Shown: positions 36,036-49,460 of the stretch, piece by piece
Numbering within the stretch: the first letter of the stretch is position 1
Layout: every line of letters starts with the position of its first letter
Assembly (NCBI GenBank): GCA_965603825.1
Contig: CBFDEM010000036.1
Location: forward strand, 310,001-374,000
Origin: Blepharisma stoltei ATCC 30299
Lineage: Eukaryota > Protista > Ciliophora
Direction of reading: 5' to 3'
Length of the DNA: 64,000 nucleotides
The notes under the pieces: generated by a model
The model's database searches: none
Told to the model about the DNA's origin: nothing
What the model saw: only the letters and a program-made list of their open reading frames with translations
Program-made: the position numbers and the translations under genes

Positions 36036-37136
36036 ATGGATGAGCAAGGGTTAAATCAAATGGAAATCGAGATGCAAAGGACTTTGGATTCTTTGTCAAA
36101 ATATATATCATCTGGGAAAAATAATAAAGAGCACCTCAGAAATGTCCTCGAACCTTTTAGCCAGCTGCTGAAATATACGAACCTTGAGGTAAACGTATCT
36201 GTCACAATTCGCTATTATGCTTGCCAAAAATGTAAAAAACTAATCCATGTTTCTGAGTTAGGAAATGCAATTCGATTGCCATGTGCTGAGTCGCATGTAT
36301 TTTGCAATAATCAATGCTTAAAAGCTTTAATTGAAGATATGACACTCAGAAATATTTTGGACTGAAAAGAATTAAGCGTCTGCCCTTCATGCTTCCAGAA
36401 AATCCCAGAAAATTTAATTTTTGCTGCATATGGTGGGCGCGAATATTTCAATAAATTATTATATGAAGAACGAGATAAAAAATTAAATTTCCAGTGCCTT
36501 ATATGTTTAGAAAATTATCAAGTCAAAGATGGCATAACACTAGAATGCGATCATAGATTTTGTAATACTTGCTTATCAGCGCATCTTAAAGCAAATATAG
36601 ATGAAAGAAAAATCGACGACAAAAATTTAAAATGCCCAAATGATTGCAATATGCCTATTGACGTAAACATTATCAAATATTTGGTAGATGATGCAACTTT
36701 TCAAAAATATTTAAAATTTTCAATTACTGGATGGCAGCCTACTGGAGAAGATGCTAAGGAAATCTACTTTCAATGCCCAGGAGCTGGATGTGAAAATATG
36801 ATTCTATTGCCGAGCAACTTAGAAGAATATAAATGCGAGCACTGCAATCATGAATCATGTCCAAAGTGTAGAGATAAGCCTCACAAAGGGAATACTTGTG
36901 AAGCTTATGCTAAATGAAAAGCTGAAAATGACCAAGCCGATATAAAGTTCAATGAACTGATGAATCAAAATAATTGGGTTAATTGCCCATGATGCAGACA
37001 GCCAATTGAAAGAGTTACAGGATGCAAATTTATGGTATGCAATTCAGTAGCATGCAGAGGAGCCAAATATTTTTGTTTTGATTGCAAAAAAGGACTGAAT
37101 GCTGATCACGAAGCACACATTTGCTTAAGAACATAA
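36036..37136 (+). CDS. RBR (RING-IBR-RING) E3 ubiquitin ligase with an extra N-terminal RING-like domain
   Basis: CLIC..LECDHRFC..C RING1, CP..GC...C..C....C..C...H....C IBR, CP*C...IER..GC..M.C RING2. Confidence 0.9.
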
Positions 37137-37277
37137 TTGATATTTCTTATTAATCTTTATAGATACATTACTTAAGTTTATGCTGCATGCCTTATTGTAT
37201 TTTCTTTGATTTGATGATAATCACTTAAAAATTAAAATTCCTGCATCATAATATTATGATTTGATATAATTCATAAA

Positions 37278-37712
37278 ATGCAGTCAGCAGGTACTTAATA
37301 TTTAGTTCCAAGAAATTTCAGACTTCTTGATGAGCTTGAAAAAGGTGAGCATGGCTTGGGCGATCCTAATGTGAGCTATGGCCTTGACAGAGGTGACGAC
37401 ATTACTTTGAGCAGCTGGACAGGAATGATAATTGGCCCACCAGGTGGTGTGCATGAAAACCGCATGTATCAAGTCAGATTTCACTGCGGCCCGAATTATC
37501 CTCAAGAAGCTCCACAGGTGCAGTTTATAACCAAAATCAATATGAGCAGCGTAAACCCTCATAATGGAATTGTTGACCCATCCAACTTTAGAATTCTTGG
37601 AAATTGGACTTCACAGTATACAATGGAGACCATCTTAGTAGAACTTAGAAAAGACATGAATTCAGGTGCTAATAAGAGGCTTGCCCAACCTAACGAAGGA
37701 GAGACTTATTAA
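37278..37712 (+). CDS. MMS2: Ubiquitin-conjugating enzyme variant MMS2/UEV1; one 15-nt intron
   Basis: MQSAVPRNFRLLDELEKGE, SYGL, WTGMIIGP, ENR.Y, CGP.YP. Confidence 0.93.
37291..37305 (+). other. 15-nt intron GTACTTAATATTTAG (phase 1)
   Basis: Restores the conserved N-terminal VPRNF; contains an in-frame TAA. Confidence 0.9.
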
Positions 37713-37970
37713 GTTTAATTTTCATTCATTGATGATGATTGAGTTTAGTTGAAAATTTTATTTAAAACTGGAATCTGTTAATTTTTTTTGTAATATCTTA
37801 AGAGATCAAATAAATTCTTTCATTGCTCAACTTATAAAAATCGTTTCTAAAATTATTTTACTGCTTGATCCATCTAAAAAATTATGTTTTATGTAAATAC
37901 AACAATTTTGTCTATCATTTTGATAATTTCATTTAGCTTTATGCAATATCTACAGCATTATTAAATTAAA

Positions 37971-40900
37971 ATGTTCAAGCTTCTTGAATACGCCTATGAA
38001 AAAATTAAGGAAAAGCTATCGAAATATATACATGGAGGCCAAATTAAAGAAAGTAGCAGCTTATCACGTTTGGAAATCAGACTTGAAGATGTTAAGATTC
38101 GTCACACTGCATTAGATGATTTATATCTTCCAATTGCTGTCCATAGCACTTCTCTTGTAAAGCAAATAATTCTTACTATCACTCGAGATCCGAAAATTAA
38201 ACTTGTTATAGAAAAGCTCCGCTTGGTCTTAAACCCAAGTCCAATCCGTAGCTGAACTCGTCAGCAAGCCCAAGAATTTAAGCTGCAACGGCTAAGTAAC
38301 TGAGAAGAAAAGCAAAGTTCAGTATACAGTAGCCAAAGTTGGCTGTCAAAAAATATTTCAAAATGATTTATTCCTGCACTTAAACAAGTGAAAATAAAAA
38401 TCAATCATTTAGGGATATATTACCAAGATACAGAAGCTCTGCAAATTTTGGGATATCCTTGCTTAGTGATGATATTAGTGAATAATATTGAAATAGTAAA
38501 ATCTAACGAATTTGATTCTGATGGGTTTGATTTAACAGCAGAAATAAAGGAATTTTCAATCTCGATGATGTGTGATCCAATTAATTTCGAAAAAGATAGT
38601 GATTTGGAGTCGATATATGATGAAATGAAAGTAAGTGAAAGAAATTTTTTACTAAAACCTTGTGACATAAATATAAAACTTACCCTAAATGCCAGCGACG
38701 GGCTAAACGCAATTGCACACAAAATTTCAATAACAGTAAAAAATAGCATTGAAATAGCACTAAATGAATACCAAAGATATTTTATTGAAGGACTAATTTA
38801 CCTATTAAATTCTCGAGGCCCTTTTATGAAATACTATTCATTCAAGCCAACTGAATCAATTAAAATAGAAAAAGACAAATGATGGCAATTTATTGTAAAA
38901 TCAGCAAAATTTGACAGAAGAGTCAACATCATGAACATTTATTTTTCGCAGAGAAAGAAAAATCAATACTTGGAGCTTTACAAAAGAAAGCAAAAAATTG
39001 TCCACGCACCATGGCTGCAGCCACTCAAAGCAGACGAAGAGGAAAAAATAAGAGAAATTGAAGAATTGTTTTCGTATGATGAGCTAATAGTTTTAAGAGC
39101 CAAAGCTCTCAAGGATATAAGACTAGAAGCATGCGAAATGTATCCTTACAGTTTTGCAGAAAGTTCAAAAGAAAATAAGACTTTAGATGAAGTCAGAGAA
39201 GAAACCCAAAAGAATGAAGAAATTAAAAATTATTTTAAAGAATGGCATTCTCACTTGATTGAGCATCATAATAAAAATCGTGGCGAAGATAATGAAGAAT
39301 CTACGCAAACTGCAGCGAAGCCAGAGAGTGATACTGAGACCAAGCATAACCTTTATATTTCATGAAATATAGACAGGGTCATTTTTTATTTGCAAAGGTT
39401 GAAGTGCTCTTCATTGCCAGCGTTTGCTATAATTTCAAAAGAAAACTGCTCTTGTTTTAAATGCAACCCAGTTCGCCTCGAGAAACAAAAACAAAAAAGC
39501 TCTAAATCTACTCAGAGACTGCTAACCGATTACGGCACCACGGTTGGGAGCGATGACGATGAAAAAGACATTTTTAAAATCGAAGGCTTCAAAAGAATGG
39601 GACCTCCAAGGATAAGATTGATGCCCCTTATAAAAATGAGAGACACCGCCATAGAATATGGTGAAGAAATGTACAGCATTGGGGCTGTAGGTTATAAAAA
39701 TCAATCTGATGATCCATATGAACCAAATATTGTAAAAGAGCAGACAATCTTTATATTCTTATTGCAAAATCTAACAGGAGAAATAAAAATTGGATCTGAT
39801 AATATCAAAACTACTACTCCAATTATGATTGAAAACATACAAATAATTGATCCTATGTCATTTGCATATAATTTAAAGCCAGAAAACATAAAATACAAGC
39901 AAAGAGATACTAAGCCAGTATGTGATATTTATTTTTATAAAAGTTGACTTGATGATGTCATATTTGAGCAAGGCAAAATGAATAAGTACCCAACATGGTG
40001 TCTCAGGCATTTTATGAGAGATGTTGGGCTACTTGAAGAATTTGAAATAATGGCTCATATGAGAGAAGTCGAAAATGATAAAATTGTTTGTGTATGTGGG
40101 TCACATTGGAGATCAGCTAAAGCAATGATTGAAAGGTTTATAGCTAGACCTAACAGTATTCATATTTCTCCTGAGCTTAAGGCTACGTTTAATAAATCAA
40201 CTGATATTGAAAAGCTTAAAGTCATCGTTAATTCAATTGAGAATTTTTTTTTAAATGAGATTCTACCATTTTATCTGAGAAACTGCATCCGCTATTTCTT
40301 TAGATATTTGCCTATTTCCTATATAAGATCAGAAAATCCTAATTTTAGCTTAACTCTTGATATTTCGAGAAAAAAAACTGATCTTAAAGAAAGCATTAGC
40401 AATGGCATAATTGATGTTGCTTTATATCCACTGACAATTTTACTATCAAACTATGGACTTTCTTCTTTTCTCTCTTGAATTAAGCTCCCAAGCCCTCCTG
40501 AAATGATAAAAAAGCCTATTTTTCAATCTACTTTTCTTAAGACCTTAGAATCAATCCCTCAAGATGTATCTTTTGTATATGATATTCTAAAAAATTGGGA
40601 AAGAAACCCTAATACTCTATTAGCTGACACATACCGAGTTTTGGAAGGAAAAAGCAATTTAGAGATAATGGCTCATTTTTCAAATATTACGATTTGCTTA
40701 TTTGAAGCTAAAAATTTTAAATCATATAAATCAGAGCCTATAGCAAATGTTGCGCTATTAAATACAATTATTCATAAAGCAAAAAGGCAAGAAATAGGTA
40801 CTATTCCGCCTACAGTTTATGAGCAAAGGCAATTTACAACTGATAATCGATATATAGATCCTGCATTATATGGTGAACTATCAATAGAAATTTCAGAAAT

Positions 40901-43889
40901 TATTGTGAGCATTAATCAATCAGTAATTTTGAATACAAGTTTTAAGGTCGAATTAAAAGAATGTGCTGCAAAATCACATCCTATTATGCCAGTCACTTTT
41001 ATTGATGTAAAAATCCCATTCATTGAATTCTTATATAAGCCAGAAATCCCTCCGCTTCTCTCTTATATTTTAAGCATTGAAGTTGATTCTCCGCTGCAAG
41101 AGATATCAGACTATAAAGAAGTCTTTGCAAACAAAATTGAAGACTATAGGAAGAAATTATTTGATTTGGATAAAAAAATGGCGACAAGGCTGTTGATGAA
41201 ATATCAAACTGACCATTATTATTCAAATAAACAGAGATGTCGCCATTGCTTGATAAAGCACATAAAATTAAACAAAATTATAACAATCTCTCTAGGAATT
41301 GAAACCAAAAATGCAGTAAAAATTGAAATAGAAACAAAAAACGAGCCAAACTTTCAAATTAAATTAGAGCAAGCTGTAGTAGTTATTAAAGAAAAGCTCT
41401 TCACAAAAAGGGTCAATTGTTTTATTTCTGACATTTATGGGAGTAATAATCATGGAGAGCAATTATTAATTTCTCCAGGGACTGGACATTTAAGCGTTTC
41501 CCCTTGCATTCCTCACTATTTACTTCCTTTTTTGCCATTTTATTCTCAATTTTTTTCAACCCAATCTTCTGACGATTCTGTTCCATTGTATCAACTGTTT
41601 AAGATGAAAGAATTGAGTAATACAGATATCTTTATTGAAACAGCATGAGACAAGAAAGAGCAACTTCCACCAGAAAGACAATCCTTGCAAAAATTTCCTA
41701 GTCATCTTGCTAAATCTGGGTCTCATTTATCTAAGTATGGAAGGAAACAAAGTGCTTATTTTATTTTGGATAACGAAGTCTATGCTAAAATTTTTATTGA
41801 TTCTATCCGCTTGCACATCATTTTAGAAAACTGTTCTTCTCCTTTATTGGAGGCTTTGGGAATGATAGAGCAGTCCTTTAATATCGCAAACTCATTTTCA
41901 CTTAAAAATATGCCAACAGCTATCAAATATAAGTCGAAAAATGCCAGATTTAAACTTAATCTAAAAGAAATGAACCTTCTCATTAGCTTCAACGAATTTC
42001 CCCTTGAATTTAGCTTGAAAAATATAAAACTCAATAAATCACCCACAAAATCAATCCCAGACTTTTTGCAGTCCACCTTAGAAAAAAATAGAGAAAATTC
42101 AATAACTTTTCACCATGAAGTTGCATTGATAATAAGCTCTTCAGCTATAAATGTTTTGGGATGTCTAAACTGCAAACTAAATGAAATAGCAATCAATATT
42201 CAAAACATTAAAGATACAAAAGCTAGGGAAAATGGAGGAGAACTAATAATTAGTAGCTCATCCGAACGCTGCAAGCTCATATCTGAAATAAGGTCTTTTC
42301 AAGTATTTACGCTAGATGAGCCTCCAGTATTAATATTAGCTTGCCCAAGTATATGCAGCAATGAAAAAATTGTCCCAACAGTTAATGGTAAAATAAAGAT
42401 TCAAGGAAGCTTTGAAGATTTCAATGAGGTCTTCGTTTCAATTTTGGATACCGGCATTATCATTGAAAGCTCTATTGTCAAAAATTTTATTCAAATCGTG
42501 CACACGGCTAATATAGAAACCACAATGAAAATCTTCAATAGTAAACAAGAAAATTTTAGTCGAAACATTCTTGTTAAAGAAATAAAAAAAAAATCAAAAA
42601 ATTCAGATCGCCTGCAGCTCATTATAAAAGTAGCCACTGCTCTTATTCAAATTAAAAACAATTCGACGCTTATAGGGGTTTTAAAATTTCATAATTTATA
42701 TTTGCATCAAAACACACCAAAAGAAATTCTCATTAAATATATAGACTCTCTTACTAAAAACACAATCGATATCTCGCCTTTAAAAGAAAACATTTATGAA
42801 TATGAAGCCTCCTCCAAAAATATTCATTTATTTTTGAAAAAAATTGAAATTTTGCCTGTCAAATGTCTTTATTTCCAGCTTGTTGATCAGAGTAAAGATT
42901 ATTCAACTCTGATTAACATCAATAAAGAAGAAAAGCAAATATTAATCCTAATAAAGGATGCTAAGCTCATAATGGTTAACAGATTCGTTGAAGAACTAAT
43001 TCAATTTATAAAATCTATTAAGGATTTCGAAAAAAGTGCAAGAAAAATTGCAAAACCTCCATCAAAGAATTACATAGTGAGAGTTATAGCAACAAATGGA
43101 ACAGTTTCTATTCCAACGGATTCCAGCGGAAATGATATGGCAATAGCAGTGTTTCAAGAAGTGAGAGTTCTAACAGGAGAAGGCGATGCAAAGTTTAAAA
43201 CTCCTAAAAGTATTACAAGTGACGTAGAGTTAATTGAGAACAAATATCCCATTCAAGATTCTTATAACCCTTCATCATTTGTTTATTGTGATACAGTAAG
43301 CATCAAAATTCATGGAGTCAAAGCTTTTACAAAATTGAAGGATAAAACCAAAAAAATTGCTAAGCTTAGCTCAGCAGAATTAAGCATTGCAATTCCTTTT
43401 CATTCTCAGCCATTAGTCGAACATCAATGAAAAATTGACAGCAAAATATCTATAAATTTAGAAAATGTCTCATTAACTGGGTCAATGTCAAAAATTGAGT
43501 CTTTGCAAAAAATAATGAAAACCAATTTCGATGAAAAATTGCTGACCTTTGAAAAAGTAATAAAATGAGATAAAATAGATTTTGGCTTCAAAATTGGCGA
43601 AGCTGGGATGGAGATGAACCAAAGAGCAGAGCCAGAAATTACAACCCCTCCAGAAATTGCAATAGAGGAAAGTAAAATCGAAAGAGAAGACTCAAATTTG
43701 GAATGGGACTTAAGACATACTCCAGGATTTCCATTTGCTCCAGCAGGGTGGGGACAAAGTAGAGTTGTCACTTCTCCAAGCTCGGATTTTGATACAATTA
43801 GGGAATATAGAGAAGATTATGGCAGTTTTAGGCCAAGGATTGAACCAGATTTTCCAGAAGAAGAGCCAAAAAATGAAAGCGATTATTAA
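37971..43889 (+). CDS. VPS13/chorein-N-like bridge-type lipid transfer protein (1972 aa)
   Basis: Eight track ORFs in one frame joined by about 10 TGAs; chorein-like LSKYI..L.DVKI...ALDDL.LPI.V and *WQF...Y.ELYKRK...IEE.....E...LR..A; repeated beta-rich segments. Confidence 0.7.
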
Positions 43890-43936
43890 TTCAACTATAT
43901 TAATTAAATAATTTATATTTTTATTTAAATCTATAT

Positions 43937-45304
43937 TTAAATTAAATTTGGACCTTTTTTGAGTTTTATTTCTATTAAAAATATAGAAAAAAGACCTGCC
44001 ACTAAATGAGAAAACGAAATTGCAGAAAGTGCTGCTGCATTTCCTCCTAAACTAAGACAACTCCCTATAATAGTTGGTGCTACAAATCCTGCCATATTTT
44101 GCCAGAGTAAAAATCAGCCAATAAAAGTACCTCTTTCATTTGTTGAAAATGATTCTGGGACAATAATTCATATTGTACCTATAGAAATTTGAAATAAAAA
44201 TTGGTATAAAGAAATAAAAGCAATGGCCTAAATGCATGATACACTAAAAATTTCATAAACAAGCAAAAAGAAAAAAACATAAAACCCTAGTATAATTGAT
44301 GATAAAGACAGCGTCCATTTTTTTCCAAATCGTGTTGTAACTAGTTTTCTACCCATAAAGCTTCCTAAAACTCCTCAAAACTGTTGAATCAATATAACTG
44401 TGTATCTGAGAGTTAATGAAAATTCTTTTAGGAAAGTAGGAAGATATAAAATAATGCTAATGTTTGCGAATGAAATCATGGTTCCAATTATGGTTAGGAG
44501 CATTGTCTTTCTTATATTTTCCTTGATGAAAAGGATTTTTAGTGTGCTTTTTTGCTTGATTTCTGTAATCTCATCTTTAGGACATTCTGGGCGAGAGAGT
44601 TGAATGTCAATAGATTTTTTGTTGGCTATTGAAATCTTTTTCAAAACTTCTTCAGCTTTTTCTAATTTCCCTGCTGTGAATAAATATCTAGGAGTTTCAT
44701 CCATAAATTGCCTTTGAATCAGCTGCAAAGACACTCAAAAGAAAATAATAATTGAAATAATTCTTCAATCAGCCATGATTTTCGGATTTATCAATTCAAC
44801 AATAATTATTATGACTGCAATTAAAGCTCCACCTACTCGATAAAACAAAGTAAAAACTGCCAATATAGAGCTATTTTTACTGGGGATAAATTCTTTGAGA
44901 ATTGTTGCTGATATTCCTTGATCAGATACAGCTGAAATTCCAACAAAAAACAGCACAATAGAAAGCATAATAAAATTAAATGAAAACACCATAAAAATTG
45001 TTGAGAATCAGAGAATGACAATACTCAAACGGAAAGAGAACATTCTTCCATACCTATCAGCTAAATATCCAAATAAAATTGGTCCTATGGCAGTTCCCAA
45101 TTCGAATAAAGATCCTATTACCCCTAACTCAATATTTCCTAAATCCCAAGTTTCACCTAATTTTACGAGCAGCAGAGAAACAGTGTATGCCCACATCATT
45201 ACATTAAATAGCGATGTTCCAGATATAAAAAAGATTCAAGTTTGGTATTTGCCTCACCCCATAGAGGTAAGGTAATTTTCTATTTGATCATCTTCACTAG
45301 CCAT
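43937..45304 (-). CDS. MFS transporter, SV2-like paralog; one 15-nt intron
   Basis: G*GKYQ, FGYLADRYGR, ETPRYL, FGKKW, VPESF...ERG. Confidence 0.88.
44228..44242 (-). other. 15-nt intron GTATCATGCATTTAG
   Basis: Removes in-frame TAG; homologous position to 35517-35531. Confidence 0.88.
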
Positions 45305-45466
45305 TTAATTCTCTTAAATAAATTTTAATTTTAGATATTAGAGGTTAATTCCTTTTTCATTATTTGCAAATTATTATTTCTTTTGGAAGCTACCTCAGCA
45401 GACATTTTAATTGTAGTTTCAAAATTATTTTAAGTGAATTTGAGAAAATATCTTAATATAATAGCC

Positions 45467-46312
45467 TTAAGATAAATTCAGAAAACAACATGTGACATAG
45501 TCGTTTTCTGTCGCAGTTGGATACTGACGAACTCCATCAACCTCGAAATCTCTTAAATAAATTGGCTTAAAAGAAACTCCTCCGATTTTACTAATAAAGG
45601 AAGATCTTGAATCAAAACTTACAGACATTGCATACTGTAGCCCATTCAAGTACGCCACTGCAGCACCAAGAAACTTCAAGTCATATGACAAGTTTTTCCC
45701 TTTATATGCAGGAAGAACTCCTGCGTTGGACCAATAGAGTACAGAATTTGGGTTTAAAGCTCCTGGAGGCAATCTTCCTTTTTCGTCAGGCTGGAGAAAA
45801 TCAAAAGGAATGCAGTCATGCAAAATGGTTCCAAAATTATCGAATTTCTTCCATACATCTTTAGAATTTGGTTTCATATAAATTGGGTGTTCAGGTCTTG
45901 AGCCCCATGACGAGCTATATTGAACTCCTGCTAGTTTTCCATCAACCTTTGCAGCAACGCTATACTTCAAGAAATCGGATTGTTCTTGGTATTCAGGAAG
46001 TTCATACTCGATAAATTCATCAAAGGTGAAATCAATATATTTTCTAAATGAAGCGTGCTGGGTAAAGCATTCAGCGATAATTTCACGATATTTTAGAATC
46101 TCTTCTTCTTTAAATATGTGAAATGTTATATCGTTTTTTTGCCAAATTGCCCCTTGAGCAAATTTAGTGAGCTCCGACTTAAAGGCAGGAACAGAGTCAA
46201 TAAGCTTTATTGAGCTTGGGCTTTGTTTTTCTGAGGCAAAAAGCCAATCCAAGTTGCAAGTTTTTGGAACTTTGATGGAAGTAGAAAAACCTTTTCTTAG
46301 AAGGAATGCCAT
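45467..46312 (-). CDS. GNAT-fold acetyltransferase-like protein with mitochondrial presequence, copy 1
   Basis: MAFLLRKGFS; SVAA...GKLAGV; motif A AGVLPAYKGKNL. Confidence 0.7.
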   Translation of the reverse strand: MAFLLRKGFSTSIKVPKTCNLDWLFASEKQSPSSIKLIDSVPAFKSELTKFAQGAIWQKNDITFHIFKEEEILKYREIIAECFTQHASFRKYIDFTFDEFIEYELPEYQEQSDFLKYSVAAKVDGKLAGVQYSSSWGSRPEHPIYMKPNSKDVWKKFDNFGTILHDCIPFDFLQPDEKGRLPPGALNPNSVLYWSNAGVLPAYKGKNLSYDLKFLGAAVAYLNGLQYAMSVSFDSRSSFISKIGGVSFKPIYLRDFEVDGVRQYPTATENDYVTCCFLNLS

Positions 46313-46672
46313 TTATTAATTAAATTAAATCAACATTATTCATACTTATACGGTTATTGCCCTGCTAAAAGTTAAATTTCTTTTGAATCTATGCTTCTTT
46401 TTAATTATAAAGGATTTTCAATTTCTCATTAGTTCAGCATAATTAAATAAATGTTGCTGTTGTCATAAAAATGTCTTATTGATATTAAAAATATTGGGAT
46501 TTTAACTCTTTTGTAAAAGTTTAAATCTCTGACATCATTTTTATATTCACCAAAAAATTTATTGTGTAGAAAATTCGAAGAATTCACTTACATGCAATGG
46601 CGATAGTCCGATCACTGATGGAGGAGAATGTCAGTGATTTATTAACTATTAGATCTAAATAAAGATTAAGCA

Positions 46673-47518
46673 TTAAGATAAACTTAAAAAGCAGCATGCA
46701 ACTCCTTCTCCTTCAACTGCATCAGGATATTGACGAATTCCATCTATTTCGAAATTCTTGAAGTAGGTTGGCTTAAAAGAAACTCCTCCGATTTTTTGGA
46801 TAAACGATGACCTTGCATCAAAGCTTATTGACATAGCATATTTCAAGCCATGCAAGTAGCCAAGTGAAGCACATAAGTATTTGAGATCATAAGATAAGCT
46901 TTTTCCCTTGAATTTTGGGAGGACCCCAGCATTTGACCAATAAAGAAGAGAATTAGGATTTAAAGTTCCAAAAGGCTGCCTCCCTTTTTCATCAGGCAAA
47001 CTAAAATCAAAAGGGATGCTGCCATATAAGAGCTTATCAAATTTATCAAATTTTTTTCAGACTGACTCAGAGTTTGGCTTTGTGTAGACAGGATCATGGA
47101 CTCTAGATCCCCAGGAAGAGCTGAATTGAACCCCTGCTAATTCTCCATTAATCTTTGCTGCAACACTAAATTTTAAAAAATCTGATTGTTCTTCATATTC
47201 TGGAAGCTCATGGTCCCGCCATTCTTCATATGAGAAATCAATATATTTTTGAAACGCTGAATAGTGAGTAAAGCATTCTGCAATTAATTCGCGATAGCTC
47301 AAAACCTCTTCTTTTCTGAATAAATGGAAGGATATATCTCCCCATTGCCAAACTGCTCCTTCAGAGAATTTTGCAAGCTCAGACTTAAAAGCTGGAACTG
47401 AGTCAATTAGCTTAATTGAACTTGGACCCTGCTTTTCTGAAGCAAAAAGCCAATCTAAAATGCAATTTTGAGGAGTCTTAGGCAATGTTGATGAAAATCT
47501 TTTAACAATAAAAGCCAT
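46673..47518 (-). CDS. GNAT-like protein, copy 2
   Basis: Collinear 281-aa paralog; TGA at 47057 corresponds to TGG in copy 1. Confidence 0.75.
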
Positions 47519-48215
47519 TTATTAAATATACTTTTTTATAGCTAGTTTAATTTTTGCTAAGTTTTTAGCAGATTTTAAAAAAATCTAAGGAAAAAAATAA
47601 ATGTTTATACTTTAAATGTACATAAAGAACTATTTATATTTCACATAAGCGTTTCAAAGCCACAGTTAGATTGCTTTTTGTGAATAAAATAGCCCAAACC
47701 AGATCTCCCCTGTTAATTCAGTAACCTATTTAAATTAAAGACATATAAGTCTCTAAAAGCCCAAATATGATGAGAAGGCATAGAGCTTAGTGCATTGACA
47801 AAAACAGAAATCTGCAGCTAGAAAGAGTTATAATAGAGCTTATTTTAAATAATTATTAAGATTTAAAATAAAAGAAAAATTCATAAGATTTGACTTATTC
47901 TAGAGTTTATTCTGGGTAGTGAATTTGTAATATTCGCTTTAATTCAACAAATTGTGTTAATCCTACTTTATCGCCATGATTTAAGTGAGAGAGACATAAA
48001 TCAAAAAAGGGTGAAACGGAACTGTCATGAATTTTATTTGAGGGCTAAAAAATCTTATTAGTTTGCTTGAATATTCTAAGCATGAAATAGGCTTATTATT
48101 CGATGATTATTTAAGAAATTAGTAAAATGATTAAATAATCAAAAACATTTCAAGATTCTTCATATAAAATAATTGTCAGCGTTTAATTTATTAATATTTA
48201 TATAAAGATTAAGCA

Positions 48216-49060
48216 TTAAGATAAACTTAAAAAGCAGCATGCAACTCCTTCTCCTTCAACTGCATCAGGATATTGACGAATTCCATCTATTTCGAAATTC
48301 TTGAAGTAGGTTGGCTTAAAAGAAACTCCTCCGATTTTTTGGATAAACGATGACCTTGCATCAAAGCTTATTGACATAGCATATTTCAAGCCATGCAAGT
48401 AGCCAAGTGAAGCACATAAGTATTTGAGGTCATAAGATAAGCTTTTTCCCTTGAATTTTGGGAGGACCCCAGCATTTGACCAATAAAGAAGAGAATTAGG
48501 ATTTAAAGTTCCAAAAGGCTGCCTCCCTTTTTCATCAGGCGAACTAAAATCAAAAGGGATACTGCCATATAAAAGCTTATCAAATTTATCAAATTTTTTT
48601 CAAACTGACTCAGAGTTTGGCTTTATGTAAACAGGATCGTGAACTCTAGATCCTCAGGAAGAGCTGTATTGAACCCCTGCTAGCTCTTCATTAATCTTTG
48701 CTGCGACACTAAATTTTAAAAAGTCTCATTGCTCTTCATATTCTGGAAGTTCATGATCTATGTACTCTTGATAAGTGAAATCAATATATTTTTTAAATGT
48801 GGAATGGTTAGCAAAACACTCTGCAATTAATTCTCGATATTTTGGAACCTCTTCTTTTCTGAATAAATGGAAGGATATATCTCCCCATTGTCAAACTGCT
48901 CCTTCAGAAAATTTGGCAAGCTCAGACTTAAAAGCTGGAACTGAGTCAACTAGTTTAATTGAACTTGGGCCTTGCTTTTCTGAAGCAAAAAGCCAATCTA
49001 AAATGCAATTTGAGGAGGCTTAGATGGCGTCGATAAAAATCTTTTACCAAGAAAAGCCAT
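48216..49060 (-). pseudogene. GNAT-like copy 3 with 1-nt frameshift (pseudogene or homopolymer error)
   Basis: 845 bp versus 846 bp for copy 2; CAAAT versus CAAAAT at about 49009-49012 gives TAG after 20 codons. Confidence 0.65.
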
Positions 49061-49460
49061 TTATCAGTTTATAAATGTATACTTTCTTAGTAAAGCTTTG
49101 AAGCGAAAGCTAAAACAAAAAAGATATTTGGGCACAAATATTTCTTATATATTTAGCAATGTGAAAATTTTTTACTAAATTGATATAAAAGGCAAAAATT
49201 TATAAGTCAAATGAATAAAGAAATATCAGCATTAATTAATTTTTTTATTAGAAATTTAAAGATGCAAAATTATTGATGATATTTATATCAACTCCACCCC
49301 CTTTTTAAATTGGGTGGCATAAAAAATCCTCATCTAATATTTTCATGACTTTTTGTCCTATTAAAAAATACACAAAATTAAATAAAACTTGATGTTTCCC
49401 CATATTGAAAAAAAGTTTTAAAAAAGTTCATAATTATTTCTTTTATTGGTGGTCAATTCT

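Noticed and set aside
46611-46638. ATCACTGA/TCAGTGAT hairpin downstream of GNAT copy 2
   Set aside because: Single 8-9-bp stem not conserved behind copies 1 or 3; no SECIS or C/D box arrangement
49019-49047. 29-nt GT..AG segment that would restore the frame of GNAT copy 3
   Set aside because: All supported introns are 15 nt, and this segment aligns to coding sequence in the paralogs
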